Counted from the stretch's first letter, positions 10,925-22,032 are shown. The stretch: 64,000 nt of DNA from an uncultured Actinomycetota bacterium (GCA_963844295.1 CAWJNR010000002.1:752374-816373), one strand, 5' to 3'. Notes: generated from the sequence alone by a model not told the origin. Numbers and translations are program-made.

Positions 10925-12191
10925 GTGACGCACGCTCGACGTCCCCGCTGCCTTCGCCGACAGCCCCGCCCGCGCCCTCGTCTGCCGCGAGTGCGGCCAC
11001 GAGGTGCCCGCTGGCCCCCGTCCACGTGTGCGAGCAGTGCTTCGCGCCGCTCGAGGTCGGCTACGACGAGGACAAGCTGCGGCTGGTCACCCGCGCAGTC
11101 CATCGAGGCCGGCCCGCAGAGCATCTGGCGCTACGCCGGGCTGCTGCCGGCCGGCCAGGACGAGGCGACCCGGGTCAGCCTCGGCGCCGGCATGACGCCG
11201 CTGCGCGAGGCGAAGAACCTCGCCGCCGCGCTCGGCATGAGGAAGCTGTGGGTCAAGGACGACAGCGCCAACCCGACGCACTCCTTCAAGGACCGCGTCG
11301 TGTCGGTCGCGCTGTCGGCGGCCCGCGCCTTCGGCTACACGACCGTGTCCTGCGCCTCCACCGGCAACCTGGCCAACTCGGTCGCCGCCCACGCCACCCA
11401 GGCCGGCCTGCGCTCGGTCGTCTTCATCCCGAACGACCTCGAGCAGGGCAAGGTCGTGCAGACCGCCGTCTACGGCCAGACCCTCGTCGCCGTCGAGGGC
11501 ACCTACGACGACGTCAACCGGCTCTGCAGCGAGATCGCCGAGAACGAGGACTGGGCGTTCGTCAACGTCAACGTCCGGCCCGTACTACGCCGAGGGCAGC
11601 AAGACGCTCGGCTACGAGGTCGCCGAGCAGCTCGGCTGGCGCATCCCGCCGCAGGTCGTCATCCCGATGGCGTCCGGCTCGCTGCTCACCAAGGTCGACA
11701 AGGCCTTCGGCGAGCTGGTCAAGCTCGGCCTGGTCGACGCGTCCGCCGTGGAAGGTCTACGGCGCGCAGGCCACCGGCTGCTCGCCGATCGCCACCGCGT
11801 ACGAGAACGGCTGGGACACCGTGAAGCCGGTCAAGCCGTCGACGATCGCGCGCTCGCTGGCGATCGGCAACCCGGCCGACGGGCCGTACGCCCTCGACGC
11901 CGTGCGCCGCACCGGCGGCGCGATGGGCCACGTCTCCGACGAGCAGGTCGTCGCGGGCATCCGGCTGCTCGCCTCGACGGAGGGCCTGTTCGCCGAGACC
12001 GCCGGCGGTGTCACCGTCGCGACGCTCAAGCAGCTGCTCGAGCGCGGCGCAGATCGACCCCGACGCCGAGACCGTCCTCTACAACACCGGCGACGGGCTC
12101 AAGACGCTCGACGCGGTGGCGGGCGAGGTCGGGCCGACCGCGACGATCGCCCCGTCGTACGGCGCCTTCGCGCAGGACCGGCCTCGCCTAG
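10925..12191 (+). CDS. thrC: threonine synthase family PLP enzyme, frameshifted
   Basis: N-terminal CREC...CEQC, NPTHSFKDR (PLP lysine), CASTGNLANS, YAEGSKT, AETAGG, NTGDGLKT. Confidence 0.88.
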
Positions 12192-12517
12192 ACCGTCTGG
12201 CGCTGCTCGGCTCCGGTCGTGCGGATCATCGTGTCGATCACGTCGAGGTCGTGGAAGATCGGCGGGCCGTCGCACAGCGCCGCCATCTGACTGGGCGAAC
12301 TCGTCGGTGCGCGGGTCGTTCGAGTTCTTCATCGCCACCTCGTACGACGGGAACTCCACGATCGTCATGAAGCGGCCGGGCTCGTCCCGCTCGGCGGTGA
12401 CGGTCAGGCGGACCGGACCGTCCTCGCGACATCTCGTCGCGGCGGGACGCGGCCGAGCTCCATCACCTCGTCGAGGCGCGACGTCGACCACTCGATGACC
12501 TGGATGAACGCTGGCAC
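12188..12517 (-). CDS. small hypothetical protein (dimeric alpha/beta barrel-like), frameshifted
   Basis: FIQVIEW...RFMTIVEFPSYEVAMKNSNDPRT...MAALCDGPPIFHDLDV. Confidence 0.65.
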
Positions 12518-12632
12518 GGTGCCTCCCGGGCTCCGGGGTCCGCCCCTGCGACGGGCCTGGACGGAGGCTGGTCCTGGGCGGCGGGCCGGTCAAGACCTCG
12601 CGGGTCACGAGCTGCGCACGTACGGTCGCGGG

Positions 12633-13454
12633 GTGCGCGTGCGACGGATCCTCGGGAGGGCGATGGCCCTCGGGCTGACGGCCGTCGTCGTGGACGCGAC
12701 GGTCCGCACCCCCCGCCGGCTGCGCGTGCACGACGTGCCCCTCGCGGTGCCCGGCTGGCCGGCCGAGCTGGACGGCCTGCGGGTCGCGGTCGTCGGCGAC
12801 CTGCACGCCGGGGCGCCCGCGGTCGGCCTCGCGCGCCTCACCCGCGTCGTGCAGCAGGTCGTCGACGCGCAGCCCGACCTGGTGGTGCTGCTGGGCGACC
12901 ACCTCGCCGACGTGTGGCTCGGCAGCCACCTGGAGCCCGAGCCGGTCGCCGAGGTGCTCGCCGGCCTGCTCGCCGCGGCGCCCGTCGTGGGCGTGCTCGG
13001 CAACCACGACTGGTACGCCGGCGGCCACCGCGTCCGCGCGCGCGCTGGTCGGCGCCGGGCTGCCCGTGCTCGAGGAGTCGGCCGTGCCCGTGCTCGACGG
13101 GCGGCTGTGGGTGGCCGGGGTCAGCGACCTGTGGGAGCGCACCCCGTCGGTCGAGCGGGCACTGGCCGGCGTGCCGGACGGCGCGCCCGTCGTGCTGCTC
13201 ACGCACAACCCCGACGTCGTGCTCGACGTCCCGCCGCACGTGCAGCTCGTGCTCGCCGGCCACACCCACGGCGGGCAGGTCCGCGTCCTCGGCCGCGGCG
13301 TCCACACGATCAGCGAGCGCACCGGGAACCGCTACAGCGCAGGCTGGTTCGCCGACCGAGCGGCTCTACGTCACCGCCGGCGTCGGGGCCTCGCATCGCT
13401 CCTGTCCGCACCGTCCTGCCGGAGGTCCCCGTGCTCGTGCTCGGTCCCGCGTGA
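12633..13454 (+). CDS. metallophosphoesterase, frameshifted
   Basis: DLH, GD, GNHD, THNPD, GHTHGGQ. Confidence 0.88.
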   Translation: MRVRRILGRAMALGLTAVVVDATVRTPRRLRVHDVPLAVPGWPAELDGLRVAVVGDLHAGAPAVGLARLTRVVQQVVDAQPDLVVLLGDHLADVWLGSHLEPEPVAEVLAGLLAAAPVVGVLGNHDWYAGGHRVRARAGRRRAARARGVGRARARRAAVGGRGQRPVGAHPVGRAGTGRRAGRRARRAAHAQPRRRARRPAARAARARRPHPRRAGPRPRPRRPHDQRAHREPLQRRLVRRPSGSTSPPASGPRIAPVRTVLPEVPVLVLGPA

Positions 13455-13909
13455 GGCGCTGCGCCGCGCTGCTCGCGCTCGTCCTGCTCGCCGGGTGCGG
13501 GTCGGACGAGCCGTCGGTCGACGACGACGAGCCGCAGGCCGTCGACGAGCGGGTCGGCGCCGTGCTCGGCGGCGTGGAGCTGGAGCTCGAGGTCGCCGAC
13601 GACGCGGCCGAGCGCGCCGTCGGGCTGATGCGCCGCGAGTCCGTGCCGGACGGCACCGGCATGGTGTTCGTGTTCGACGAGGCGGTCTCCACGCGCTTCT
13701 ACATGTACGACGTGCCGGTCCCGCTGAAGGCCGTCTTCATCCGCGAGGGCGTGGTCGTGTCGTCGGTGGTGATGCCGCCGTGCGAGGAGAGCGAGCCGCG
13801 CGCCTGCCCGACGTACGGCGCCGACGGGCCCTTCGACACGGTCGTCGAGACGGCGCCGGAGACGCTGCCGGACGTGCAGCCGGGTGACCGCTTCGACCTC
13901 GCGTCCTAG
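13451..13909 (+). CDS. DUF192 domain lipoprotein
   Basis: Lipobox LAGC; EVAD...R..GLM.R ... GMVFVF ... CPTY. Confidence 0.85.
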   Translation: MRRCAALLALVLLAGCGSDEPSVDDDEPQAVDERVGAVLGGVELELEVADDAAERAVGLMRRESVPDGTGMVFVFDEAVSTRFYMYDVPVPLKAVFIREGVVVSSVVMPPCEESEPRACPTYGADGPFDTVVETAPETLPDVQPGDRFDLAS

Positions 13910-13919
13910 GGTCCCCCGC

Positions 13920-15259
13920 ATGGACGACTCCGCACTGCAGGACGCAGTGGCCCAGCAGCTGCCGACCGCCCGCGCCGACCTCGAGGCGCTGGTGCGCATC
14001 CCGACCGTCTCCGCCGACGCCTCCCGCGCCGGGGACGTACGACGAGCCGTCGACCTCGTCGCGGGCGCACGCGCGCGACGCCGGCGCCGCGGACGTGCAG
14101 GTGGTCTCGGCGGCGGGCGGCCAGCCGGCGCTCATCGCGACCTGGCCCGCGCCGGAGGGCGCTCCGACGGTCCTGCTCTACGCGCACCTGGACGTCCAGC
14201 CGACCGGCCCGGCGGAGGAGTGGACCAGCCCGCCGTTCGAGCCCACCGAGCGCGACGGCCGGCTCTACGGCCGCGGCGCCGCGGACGACAAGGCCGGCGT
14301 GCTCATGCACCTGGCCGTCCTGCGCGCCTTCGGCGGCCGGCCGCCGGTCGGGGTCGTGCTCTTCCTCGAGGGCGAGGAGGAGATCGGCTCGCCGACGCTG
14401 CCGGCGCTGCTCGCCGAGCACCGCGACCTGCTGCGCGTCCGACGTCATCGTCATCGCCGACTCCGCCAACGCCTCCGTCGACGTGCCCGCCTTCACCACC
14501 AGCCTGCGCGGCCTGGTCGACCTGACGGTCGAGGTGCGCGTGCTCGAGCGCCCCGTCCACTCGGGCATGTACGGCGGCGCCGTCCCCGACGCGCTCACCG
14601 CGCTGTGCCGGCTGCTGACGACGCTGCACGACGAGGACGGCGAGGTGGCCGTCGCCGGGCTGCACTCCGGGACGTCGGCGGCGCCCGACCCCGACCCGGA
14701 CGTCTTCCGCTCCGACGCCGGGCTGCTCGACGGCGTCGCGCTCATCGGCAGCGGCAGCATCCCCGAGCGGCTGTGGCACAAGCCGGCGCTCGCCGTCCTC
14801 GGCATGGACGCGCCGTCGACCGACGACGCCAGCAACGTCCTGCTGCCGCGCGCCCGCGCCAAGGTCAGCCTGCGCCTGGCTCCCGGGCAGGACGAGCACG
14901 ACGCGATGAAGCGCCTGACCGACCACCTCGTCGAGCACGCCGTGTGGGGCAGCCAGGTCGAGGTCAGCGCCGGCTCGGTCGGCGGCGCGTTCGCCCTCGA
15001 GGCGGTGGGCGACGTCTACGACCTGGCCCGCGAGGCCTTCGAGACGGCGTACGGCAACGCCCCGGTCGAGGCCGGCATCGGCGGGTCGATCCCGTTCATC
15101 GCCGAGTTCGCCCGCACCTACCCGGGTGCGACCGTGCTGGTGACCGGCGTCGGCGACCCGGCCTCGCGCTGGCACGGCATCGACGAGTCGCTGCACCTGG
15201 GGATGTGGGAGCGGGCCTGCCTCGCCGAGGCGCTGCTGCTGGCGCGCCTGGCGCCGTGA
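13920..15259 (+). CDS. M20 family dipeptidase, frameshifted
   Basis: YAHLDVQP, YGRGAADDK, EGEEE, HSGMYGG, GGSIPF, HGIDES. Confidence 0.88.
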
Positions 15260-15624
15260 GCGACGTCGAGACGCAGCTCACCCGGGTCCTCGGCGGGTGG
15301 GGTGCCGGCGTCTGTGCTGGTCGGCGGGCTGCTCGCGCTGTCGCCGCGACCGGCGGTCCTTCGGCCGGCAGACCGCGGCGTGGGGCGCCGTCGACCTCGC
15401 GATCGCCGCCTTCGGCGCGCACAGGCGCCGGCAGAACGGCCCCACGGACCCGGTCCGGCTGCGCAAGGTGCTGCTCGGCAACGCCGTCCTCGACGTCGGC
15501 TACCTCGCCACCGGGGCCTGGGCCGCACGTGACGGCCGCTGGCGCAGCGACGGTCACGCGGTGCTGGTGCAGGGCGCGTTCCTGCTCGCTGCTCGACACG
15601 ACGGCGGCCGCGCGACTGCGCTGA
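15256..15624 (+). CDS. hypothetical membrane protein (DUF6992-like), frameshifted
   Basis: FGRQTAAWGAVDLAIA...NAVLDVGY...AVLVQGAFLL. Confidence 0.55.
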   Translation: MSDVETQLTRVLGGWGAGVCAGRRAARAVAATGGPSAGRPRRGAPSTSRSPPSARTGAGRTAPRTRSGCARCCSATPSSTSATSPPGPGPHVTAAGAATVTRCWCRARSCSLLDTTAAARLR

Positions 15625-15696
15625 CGTGCCGGCCTTGTGGACAGCGCCGTCCCCGTCGGTGCCCGACGTCATCATGGGCGCGTGGCTGCAGACGGG

Positions 15697-17980
15697 ATGT
15701 CCGCCTGGTTGGCGGACCAGGACGACGAGGTGCTCGCGGCGCTCGATCGCCCGACGGCTCGTGCGCATGGTGCGACCGCCGCGGTCGTTCGACGAGCTGG
15801 CGTCGCTGCTGTCGGCACCTTCGTCCTGCAGCGAGGCACTCCGTGTGCTGGACCGGTCGTCCGCGCAGGTGCTGGCGGTGCTCGCGGGCGGAGGAGGCAG
15901 GGCGGAGCCGGAGCGGCTGGCGGCGGTGCTGGGCCTCGAGGAGCGCGAGGTCCTGGCGTCGTTGCGGCGCGCGGAGCGGCTGGCCCTCGCCTGGCCGGCC
16001 GGCAACGGCACCTGGCGCTCGGCCGGGGGAGTGGCCCACCTCGCCCGTGAGGTGCTCCAGCGCGGCGTGCCGTACGACGAGCTCCTCGGCCAGCTGGGCA
16101 TCGTCGAGCTGCGGGCGGTGCTCGGCCGGCTCGGGCTGGGGTCGGCGCGGTCGCGGGACGACGCGCTCGCCGTGCTGGAGCAGGTGCTGCCGCGACGCGC
16201 GGCGGCGGCGCTGGAGGAGGCGACGGGGGCGCGTCAGCTGCTGACGGTGCTGGCCCGCACCGGCGAGGTCCCCGCCGGGGCAGACGTCGAGGACCTCCTC
16301 GCGCGCGGGCTCCTGCTGCGCGTGCGGGGCCGCGCCCACCTGCCGGCCGAGGTCGAGCAGGAGCTGCGAGGCGGCCGGGTCGTCCTCGACGTGGAGCGGG
16401 AGCCGCAGCGGCAGGCCGCCCACAACGGCCCGCCGCCGGTCGCTGCCGCCCTGCGGCTGCTCGAGCGCGTCGCACGGCTGCTCGACGTGCTCGCCGCCGA
16501 CCCGCCCACGCCGCTCGTGTCCGGTGGGCTCGGTGTGCAGGTGCTCCGCCGGCTGGCCAAGGCGGTCGGCACCGACGTCCCCGAGGTGGTGCTGCTGCTG
16601 CAGCTGACGGCGTGTGCGCGCCTGGTGTCGACCGGGCAGCAGGCGGGCGCGGTGACCGCGCGCGGCCGACGCTGGCGGAGCCTGCCCGAGGAGCTCGCCT
16701 ACGTCCGGCTGGTCCGGCCGCAGCTGCACCCGCAGGCGGTGCTGGAGGCACCCACCGACGCGCCGTCGGGTGTGCTGCTCGGGGTCCCGCGCACGGGCCG
16801 CGACCTGCCGACCGTTCGTGCCGTGGCGGAGGTGGTCGCGGGGCGCGGCGCCGAGACCGACCTCAGCCTGGTCGCCTGGCTCGACTGGTCGGCCTGGCAC
16901 CCGGGCGGTCGGGCCTACCGGGAGCGGCGCTTCGGCGGGCCCCTGCAGGTGCTGGAGCTGCTCGGGCTGCGCGTCGGCGGGATCCCGGCGCCCTGGCTGG
17001 CCCCGTTGCTGGCCGCCGAGCAGGGGGCCGGGCCCGGCGACGACGACGAGGAGGACGCTGCCGACGAGAGCGCAGCCGGTGCGGCCGCGCTGCTCGCCGA
17101 GCACCTGCCGCCGGCGCAGGAGGACGTCGTCCTGCAGGCCGACGGCACGGCCTTCGTCGCCGGCCGCGCCGGGGCCGGCCTGCGGGCCCTGCTGGACCAG
17201 GTCGCGGACCGCGAGTCCGAGCACACCTGGCGGCTGTCGCCCCAGGGCGTGCGCGAGGCGCTGGACGCCGGGCGGACCGGCGAGCAGCTGCTGGCCGAGC
17301 TGACGGCGCGCGCCCAGCACGGCGTGCCCGGCGTCGTGGAGCGGCTGGTGCGCGACACCGCCGCCGCACACGGGCGCGTGGAGCTGGTGGAGGCGCTCAC
17401 CGTGCTCCGCCTGGCCGACGCCGTCCTCGGCGTCGAGCTGCTGCACGACAGGAGATTGCGCTCCCTGGGCCTGGTCGAGGTGGCGCCCGGCGTGGTCGTG
17501 AGCGACCAGCCGCCCACGAAGGTCGCGGCGGCGCTGCGGGCGGCTGGGCACGCCCCGGTCGGTGCAGGGGCGGTGCCGCCCGTGGTCGAGGAGCCGCGAC
17601 TCCGGCGGAGTCGTCCGTCGCCCGCCGCCCGGTCCTGGGGGCCGAGTCCCGAGGAGCTGGTGGCGCAGCTGCGGCGGGCGCCCGCCCCGCAGCCGGAAGC
17701 GCCCGTGGACCCGGTGACCGAGCGGGAGAAGCAGGTCCTGGGAGCCCTGTGGCCGCGGTTGCGGCACCTGCCCGGCGACGAGGCGCTGCTGCTGGTGTCG
17801 GCGGTGGCACGCCGCCTGCCGGTGGAGATCGACTACGTCGACATGAGCGGGTCCCCCACGACGCGGGTGGTGGCCGACCTCGAGGACACCGGTCACCTGC
17901 TGGTGGGCCACTGCCGGCTGCGCGACGACGAGCGCATGTTCGTCCCGCTCGGGATCCTCGGGGTCCGCCGCGTGTCCTGA
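15697..17980 (+). CDS. helicase-associated (Helicase_C_3) and C-terminal WYL-like domain protein, paralog of 31610-33955; probable frameshift near 15745
   Basis: N-terminal MSAWLADQDDEVLAAL; LQADGTA..., WRLSPQGVREALDAG, VEIDYVDMSG..TTRVV, CRLRDDERMF. Confidence 0.75.
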
Positions 17981-18052
17981 CGCTCCGCAGCGCGGGACAG
18001 GACCGCCGTCGCCCTGTGTGACAGGAGGGCATCGCCGGAGTAGAACCTCGTC

Positions 18053-18748
18053 ATGGCCCGCATCCCGCTCGTGGACAGCAGCGATGGCAGCACCGACCCC
18101 CTCGCCAGGCGGACGCTCGAACAGGTCCGAGCCCTGCGCGGTCGGGCGGTCGACCCGAACGTCTACCGCGCCATGGCGAACCACCCGCAGGCGCTGCAGA
18201 AGCTGGTGGAGTTCGGCACCGTCGTCTACTTCGAGAACTCGATGACTCCGGCTCAGCGCGAGCTCGCCTACCTGACCGCCTCGGTCACCAACGAGTGCCA
18301 CTATTGAATCCCCACCCACGTGCTGCTCGGTCGAGCAGCGGGCCTGACCGAGGACAAGCTCGCGCACGTCGGTGACGACGAGCTCCCAGAGGGCCTGTAC
18401 GAGCCGGACGAGGCGGCCATCGTTCGCTACGCCCAGCGCTCGACGCGGCTGGACCCGATCGACGAGGCCACGTACTCCGCGCTGACCGAGCACTTCTCGC
18501 GCGAGCAGATCATCGAGATCTGCTTCACCGTCGGTCTGGCGAACACCATCAACCGCTTCCACGCGACGTTCCTGACCGAGGTCGACCCGCAGACCGGGGA
18601 GGTCCTCGCAGCCGAGCTGCCCGCTGGCCTACCCGGACGTGCCCGGCGACGGCTGAGACCTGCTGCTGCGGGGACCTCCTGCTGTTCGCGGCGGCGGCCC
18701 GGCCCTCCGGCGTGCGCGGCCCGGCAGCGGGCAGGAGAGGCCGCATGA
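18053..18748 (+). CDS. AhpD/carboxymuconolactone-decarboxylase-like selenoprotein (CxxU; TGA 18305-18307 read as Sec85)
   Basis: RELAYLTASVTNECHY-TGA-IPTH continues in frame into the rest of the CMD fold; SECIS-like hairpin follows. The true end may be 18656 if there is a C-terminal indel. Confidence 0.85.
18322..18339 (+). promoter_or_regulatory. putative bacterial SECIS element
   Basis: GCTGCTC-GGTC-GAGCAGC, 7-bp stem; 21 nt between the TGA and the loop. Confidence 0.75.
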
Positions 18749-19224
18749 CGCAGACAGACGCCGCCCGCACGCTCGACGAGGCCCTCGACGGGCTCCGCTT
18801 CGCCATGGTCGCGACCGCCGACCCGGACGGGACGTGGAAGGCCCGACCGCTGGCCCTCGCCGGCCAGGAGGGCGGGGTGCTCAGCTTCCTCGTCTCGACC
18901 GAGGCCGACTGGGTCGCCGGCCTCGAGGTGGAGAGCTCGCCCACGACCGTGACCTTCAGCGACCCCGGCAAGAACACCTACGTCGCGCTCCAGGGCGCCG
19001 CGCGGACGACGAACGACCGGGCGCGCATCGCGGAGCTGTGGAACGTCGGCGCCGCCTCCTACTTCGACGGCAAGGACGACCCGACCGTGCGCGTCCTGGA
19101 GGTCACCGTCTCCTACGGCGAGTACTGGGACGGTCCGCACGGCCGGCTCGGCCAGGCGCTCAACCTGCTCAAGGCGGCGCTGGGCAACGACGACGCCGGC
19201 GAGCAGGGCGACGTCCGGGTCTGA
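18745..19224 (+). CDS. pyridoxamine 5'-phosphate oxidase-like general stress protein
   Basis: FAMVAT...ARP...YVALQG.A...IAELWN...YFDGKDDP...EYWD. Confidence 0.8.
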   Translation: MTQTDAARTLDEALDGLRFAMVATADPDGTWKARPLALAGQEGGVLSFLVSTEADWVAGLEVESSPTTVTFSDPGKNTYVALQGAARTTNDRARIAELWNVGAASYFDGKDDPTVRVLEVTVSYGEYWDGPHGRLGQALNLLKAALGNDDAGEQGDVRV

Positions 19225-19296
19225 CCCCCCTGCGGCGCCCGGCCCGACGGCCGGGCGCCGACCGGGAAGAGATCCCGCAGCCCTCCGGTTCAGGTA

Positions 19297-19310
19297 GTTG
19301 AGACTTCAAC
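19297..19310. promoter_or_regulatory. palindromic operator candidate
   Basis: GTTGA-GACT-TCAAC immediately before the AAAGGAG ribosome-binding site. Confidence 0.55.
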
Positions 19311-19326
19311 CAAAGGAGACAGCCAG

Positions 19327-19964
19327 ATGAGCATCGCGATCATCGGAGCCGGCAACGTCGGCGGCGGCCTGGCAGCAGCGGCCGCAGGGCCGGGCACGAC
19401 GTCGTCGTGTCGGCGAGCGACGCCGCGAGCGCGCAGGAGGCCGCCGCGAGACCGGCGCCACGGCCGCCGGGAGCAACGCCGAGGCGGTCGCAGGCGCGCG
19501 AGGTGGTCGTGCTGGCGGTGCCGCACGGCGCCGTCGCCGGCATCGTCGCCGAGCTGGGCGAGGCGCTGGCCGGCAAGGTCGTCGTCGACGCGACGAACCC
19601 GCTGAACGACACCTACAGCGACCTGACCACCTCGGGCGTCTCGGCCGCGGAGCAGCTGCAGCAGCAGGTGCCGGGCGCGACGGTCGTCAAGGCCCTCAAC
19701 ACCGTCTTCGCGTCCCGCTACGCCGCGCCGACCGAGGACGGGCAGCCGCTCGACGCCTTCCTCGCCGGCGACGACGCGCAGGCCAAGAGCACCGTCGAGC
19801 GCGCTCGTCTCGTCGCTGGGCTTCCGGCCGGTCGACGCTCGGCGGCCTGCGGATGGCCCGCACGCTCGAGGAGCTCGCGTTCGCTCAACATCTCGCCTCA
19901 ACGCCACGCAACGGCTGGCCCTGGCAGAGCGCCTTCCGCCTCGTCGGCCCGCAGGGGTGCCTGA
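19327..19964 (+). CDS. NADPH-dependent F420 reductase family, frameshifted
   Basis: IIGAGNVG, VVLAVP, VVDATNP, VVKALNT, AGDD..AK. Confidence 0.85.
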
Positions 19965-20482
19965 TGGGCGCCGTGAACCCCGTCCGGCTCAACCACGCCG
20001 TGCTGTTCGTCGCCGACCTCGCGCGCGCCGAGCGCTTCTACACCGAGGTGATCGGCATGGAGGTCGCCGCGCGCGAGCCGCGCGCGAACGCCGCGTTCCT
20101 GCGCCTGCCGCGCTCGGGCAACCACCACGACCTCGGCCTGTTCGGCGTCGGCGCGAGCGCCCCGCCCAAGCGGCCCGGCGGGATCGGGCTGTACCACCTG
20201 GCCTGGCAGGTCGACACGATCGACGAGCTCGTCGAGGCGCGGTACGTCCTGGCGGACGCCGGTGCGCTCGGCGGCGAGAGCAGCCACGGCGCGACCAAGA
20301 GCCTCTACGGCGCCGACCCGGACGGCAACGAGTTCGAGATCATGTGGATGCTGCCGCGCGAGGCGTGGGGCGAGTACGAGAACACCGCGCCGATCGACCG
20401 TCTCGACCTGCAGGCCGAGCTCGCCCGCTGGTCCGGCGTGCGCACCGCCGGGCAGATCGTGCCCGAGCCGGCCGGCGCATGA
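19964..20482 (+). CDS. VOC family protein (catechol dioxygenase-like)
   Basis: LNHAVLFV, NHHDLGL, GLYHLAW, SLYGADPDGNEFE. Confidence 0.88.
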   Translation: MGAVNPVRLNHAVLFVADLARAERFYTEVIGMEVAAREPRANAAFLRLPRSGNHHDLGLFGVGASAPPKRPGGIGLYHLAWQVDTIDELVEARYVLADAGALGGESSHGATKSLYGADPDGNEFEIMWMLPREAWGEYENTAPIDRLDLQAELARWSGVRTAGQIVPEPAGA

Positions 20483-21115
20483 CCGGCTTCCCGCCGCCGG
20501 TCGTGGCGACCGCCGGGTCCGCCGACCCGGCGGCGCCGCTGGTCGTCCTGCTGCACGGCCGCGGCAGCTCGGAGCGGGAGATCGTCGCCCTGGCCGACCA
20601 CCTGCCCGCCGGCCCGGCGTACGCCGCCGTGCGCGCGCCCGATCGCCGAGGGCGGCGGCTACGCCTGGTTCGCCAACCGCGGCATCGGCCGGCCGGTCGC
20701 GGAGTCCCTGCGCGCCACGATGGACTGGTTCCGCACCTGGCTCGACGACGTCGCGCCTGCCGGCCGGCCGGTCGTGCTCGTCGGCTTCAGCGGCGGCGCG
20801 GCCTTCGCCGGCGGCCTGCTGCTCGACGACCCGCCCGGTACGCCGGCGCCGCGGTCCTCTACGGCACGCTGCCCTTCGACGCCGGCGTGCCCACGACGCC
20901 GGGCCGGCTGGCCGGCGTCCCGGTCCTCGTCGCGCAGGGCGAGCAGGACACCGTCATCCCGCGCGAGCTGCTCGACCGCACCTGGGCCTACCTGCAGGAG
21001 GAGTCGGGCGCCGTCACGACCGCCCGCCGCGACCCCGGCGGGCACGGCATCACCGCCGCGACGCTCGAGGCCGTCAGGCGCCTGGCTGACCGACGTCGTC
21101 CGCACGCCGGCCTGA
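20479..21115 (+). CDS. phospholipase/carboxylesterase (alpha/beta hydrolase), frameshifted
   Basis: LLHGRGS, GFSGG, QGEQD, GGHGI. Confidence 0.8.
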
Positions 21116-21116
21116 G

Positions 21117-22032
21117 TCAGATGTTCGAGGCCTCCGGCGGGGCCGTCGAGGCCTGCTCCGGGCTGCCGCCGGCGTCCGGCGCGTCCGGGCAGGTCATACC
21201 CGAGCGTGTACGCCGTCATCGACAGCGAGCCGTACGCGTAGCCGTCGACGAGCACCTCCGTGTCCCGCTCGCCCGACGCCCCGGCCAGCCCGGCGAGGTA
21301 GAGCAACGGGAGGAAGTGGTCGGGCGTCGGCACGGCGCAGCCGGAAGTCGCGGTGGCGCGTCGAGCGGCGCCACCTCGGTCGGGTCGCCGAGCATGCGCG
21401 CCTTGGCGTCCTCGTCGAAGCGCTGCGCCCAGTCGAAGCCGTCGTCCGTGCAGCTCCCAGTCCATCCCGCCGAGGTTGTGCACGACGTTGCCGCTGCCGA
21501 CGATCAGCACGCCGCGCTCGCGCAGCGGGGCGAGCTTCGCGCCGAGCTCGAGGTGGTAGTCGAAGCCCTTGTCGGCGTTGATGCGACAGCTGCACCACCG
21601 GGATCGAGGCGTCCGGGAAGGCGTGCACCAGCACCGACCAGGTGCCGTGGTCGATGCCCCAGCTGTCGACGTCGGCGCCGACCCAGGTCGGGTGCACGAC
21701 GTCGCTGATCTCCTCGGCGAGCTCGGGCAGCCCGGGCGCCGGGTACTGGACGTCGAACAGCTCCTGCGGGAAGCCGTAGAAGTCGTGGATGGTGCGCGGC
21801 CGCGGCATCGCCGTCACCGCGGTGGCGTTGATGTACCAGTGCGCCGACACGACGAGGATCGCCCGCGGCCGCGGGCACCGCCTCGCCCGAACGCCCGCCA
21901 GGCCGCGGTGTAGCGGTTGGTCTCGAGGGCGTTCATCGGGTTGCCGTGGCCGAAGAACGCGGCGGGCATCAGGACGGTGCGTCCGACGTCGGCCGGGCTC
22001 CCTGGGCGGCGTCGGCGTGTGGCGGGCGTCAC
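21117..22032 (-). CDS. ygiD: 4,5-DOPA extradiol dioxygenase (YgiD/LigB family), frameshifted; start uncertain
   Basis: [46 protein letters not shown]. Confidence 0.85.

Noticed and set aside
1200-22032. Programmed frameshifting or mass pseudogenisation
   Set aside because: No consistent slippery sites; the indels are scattered through housekeeping genes with intact motifs.
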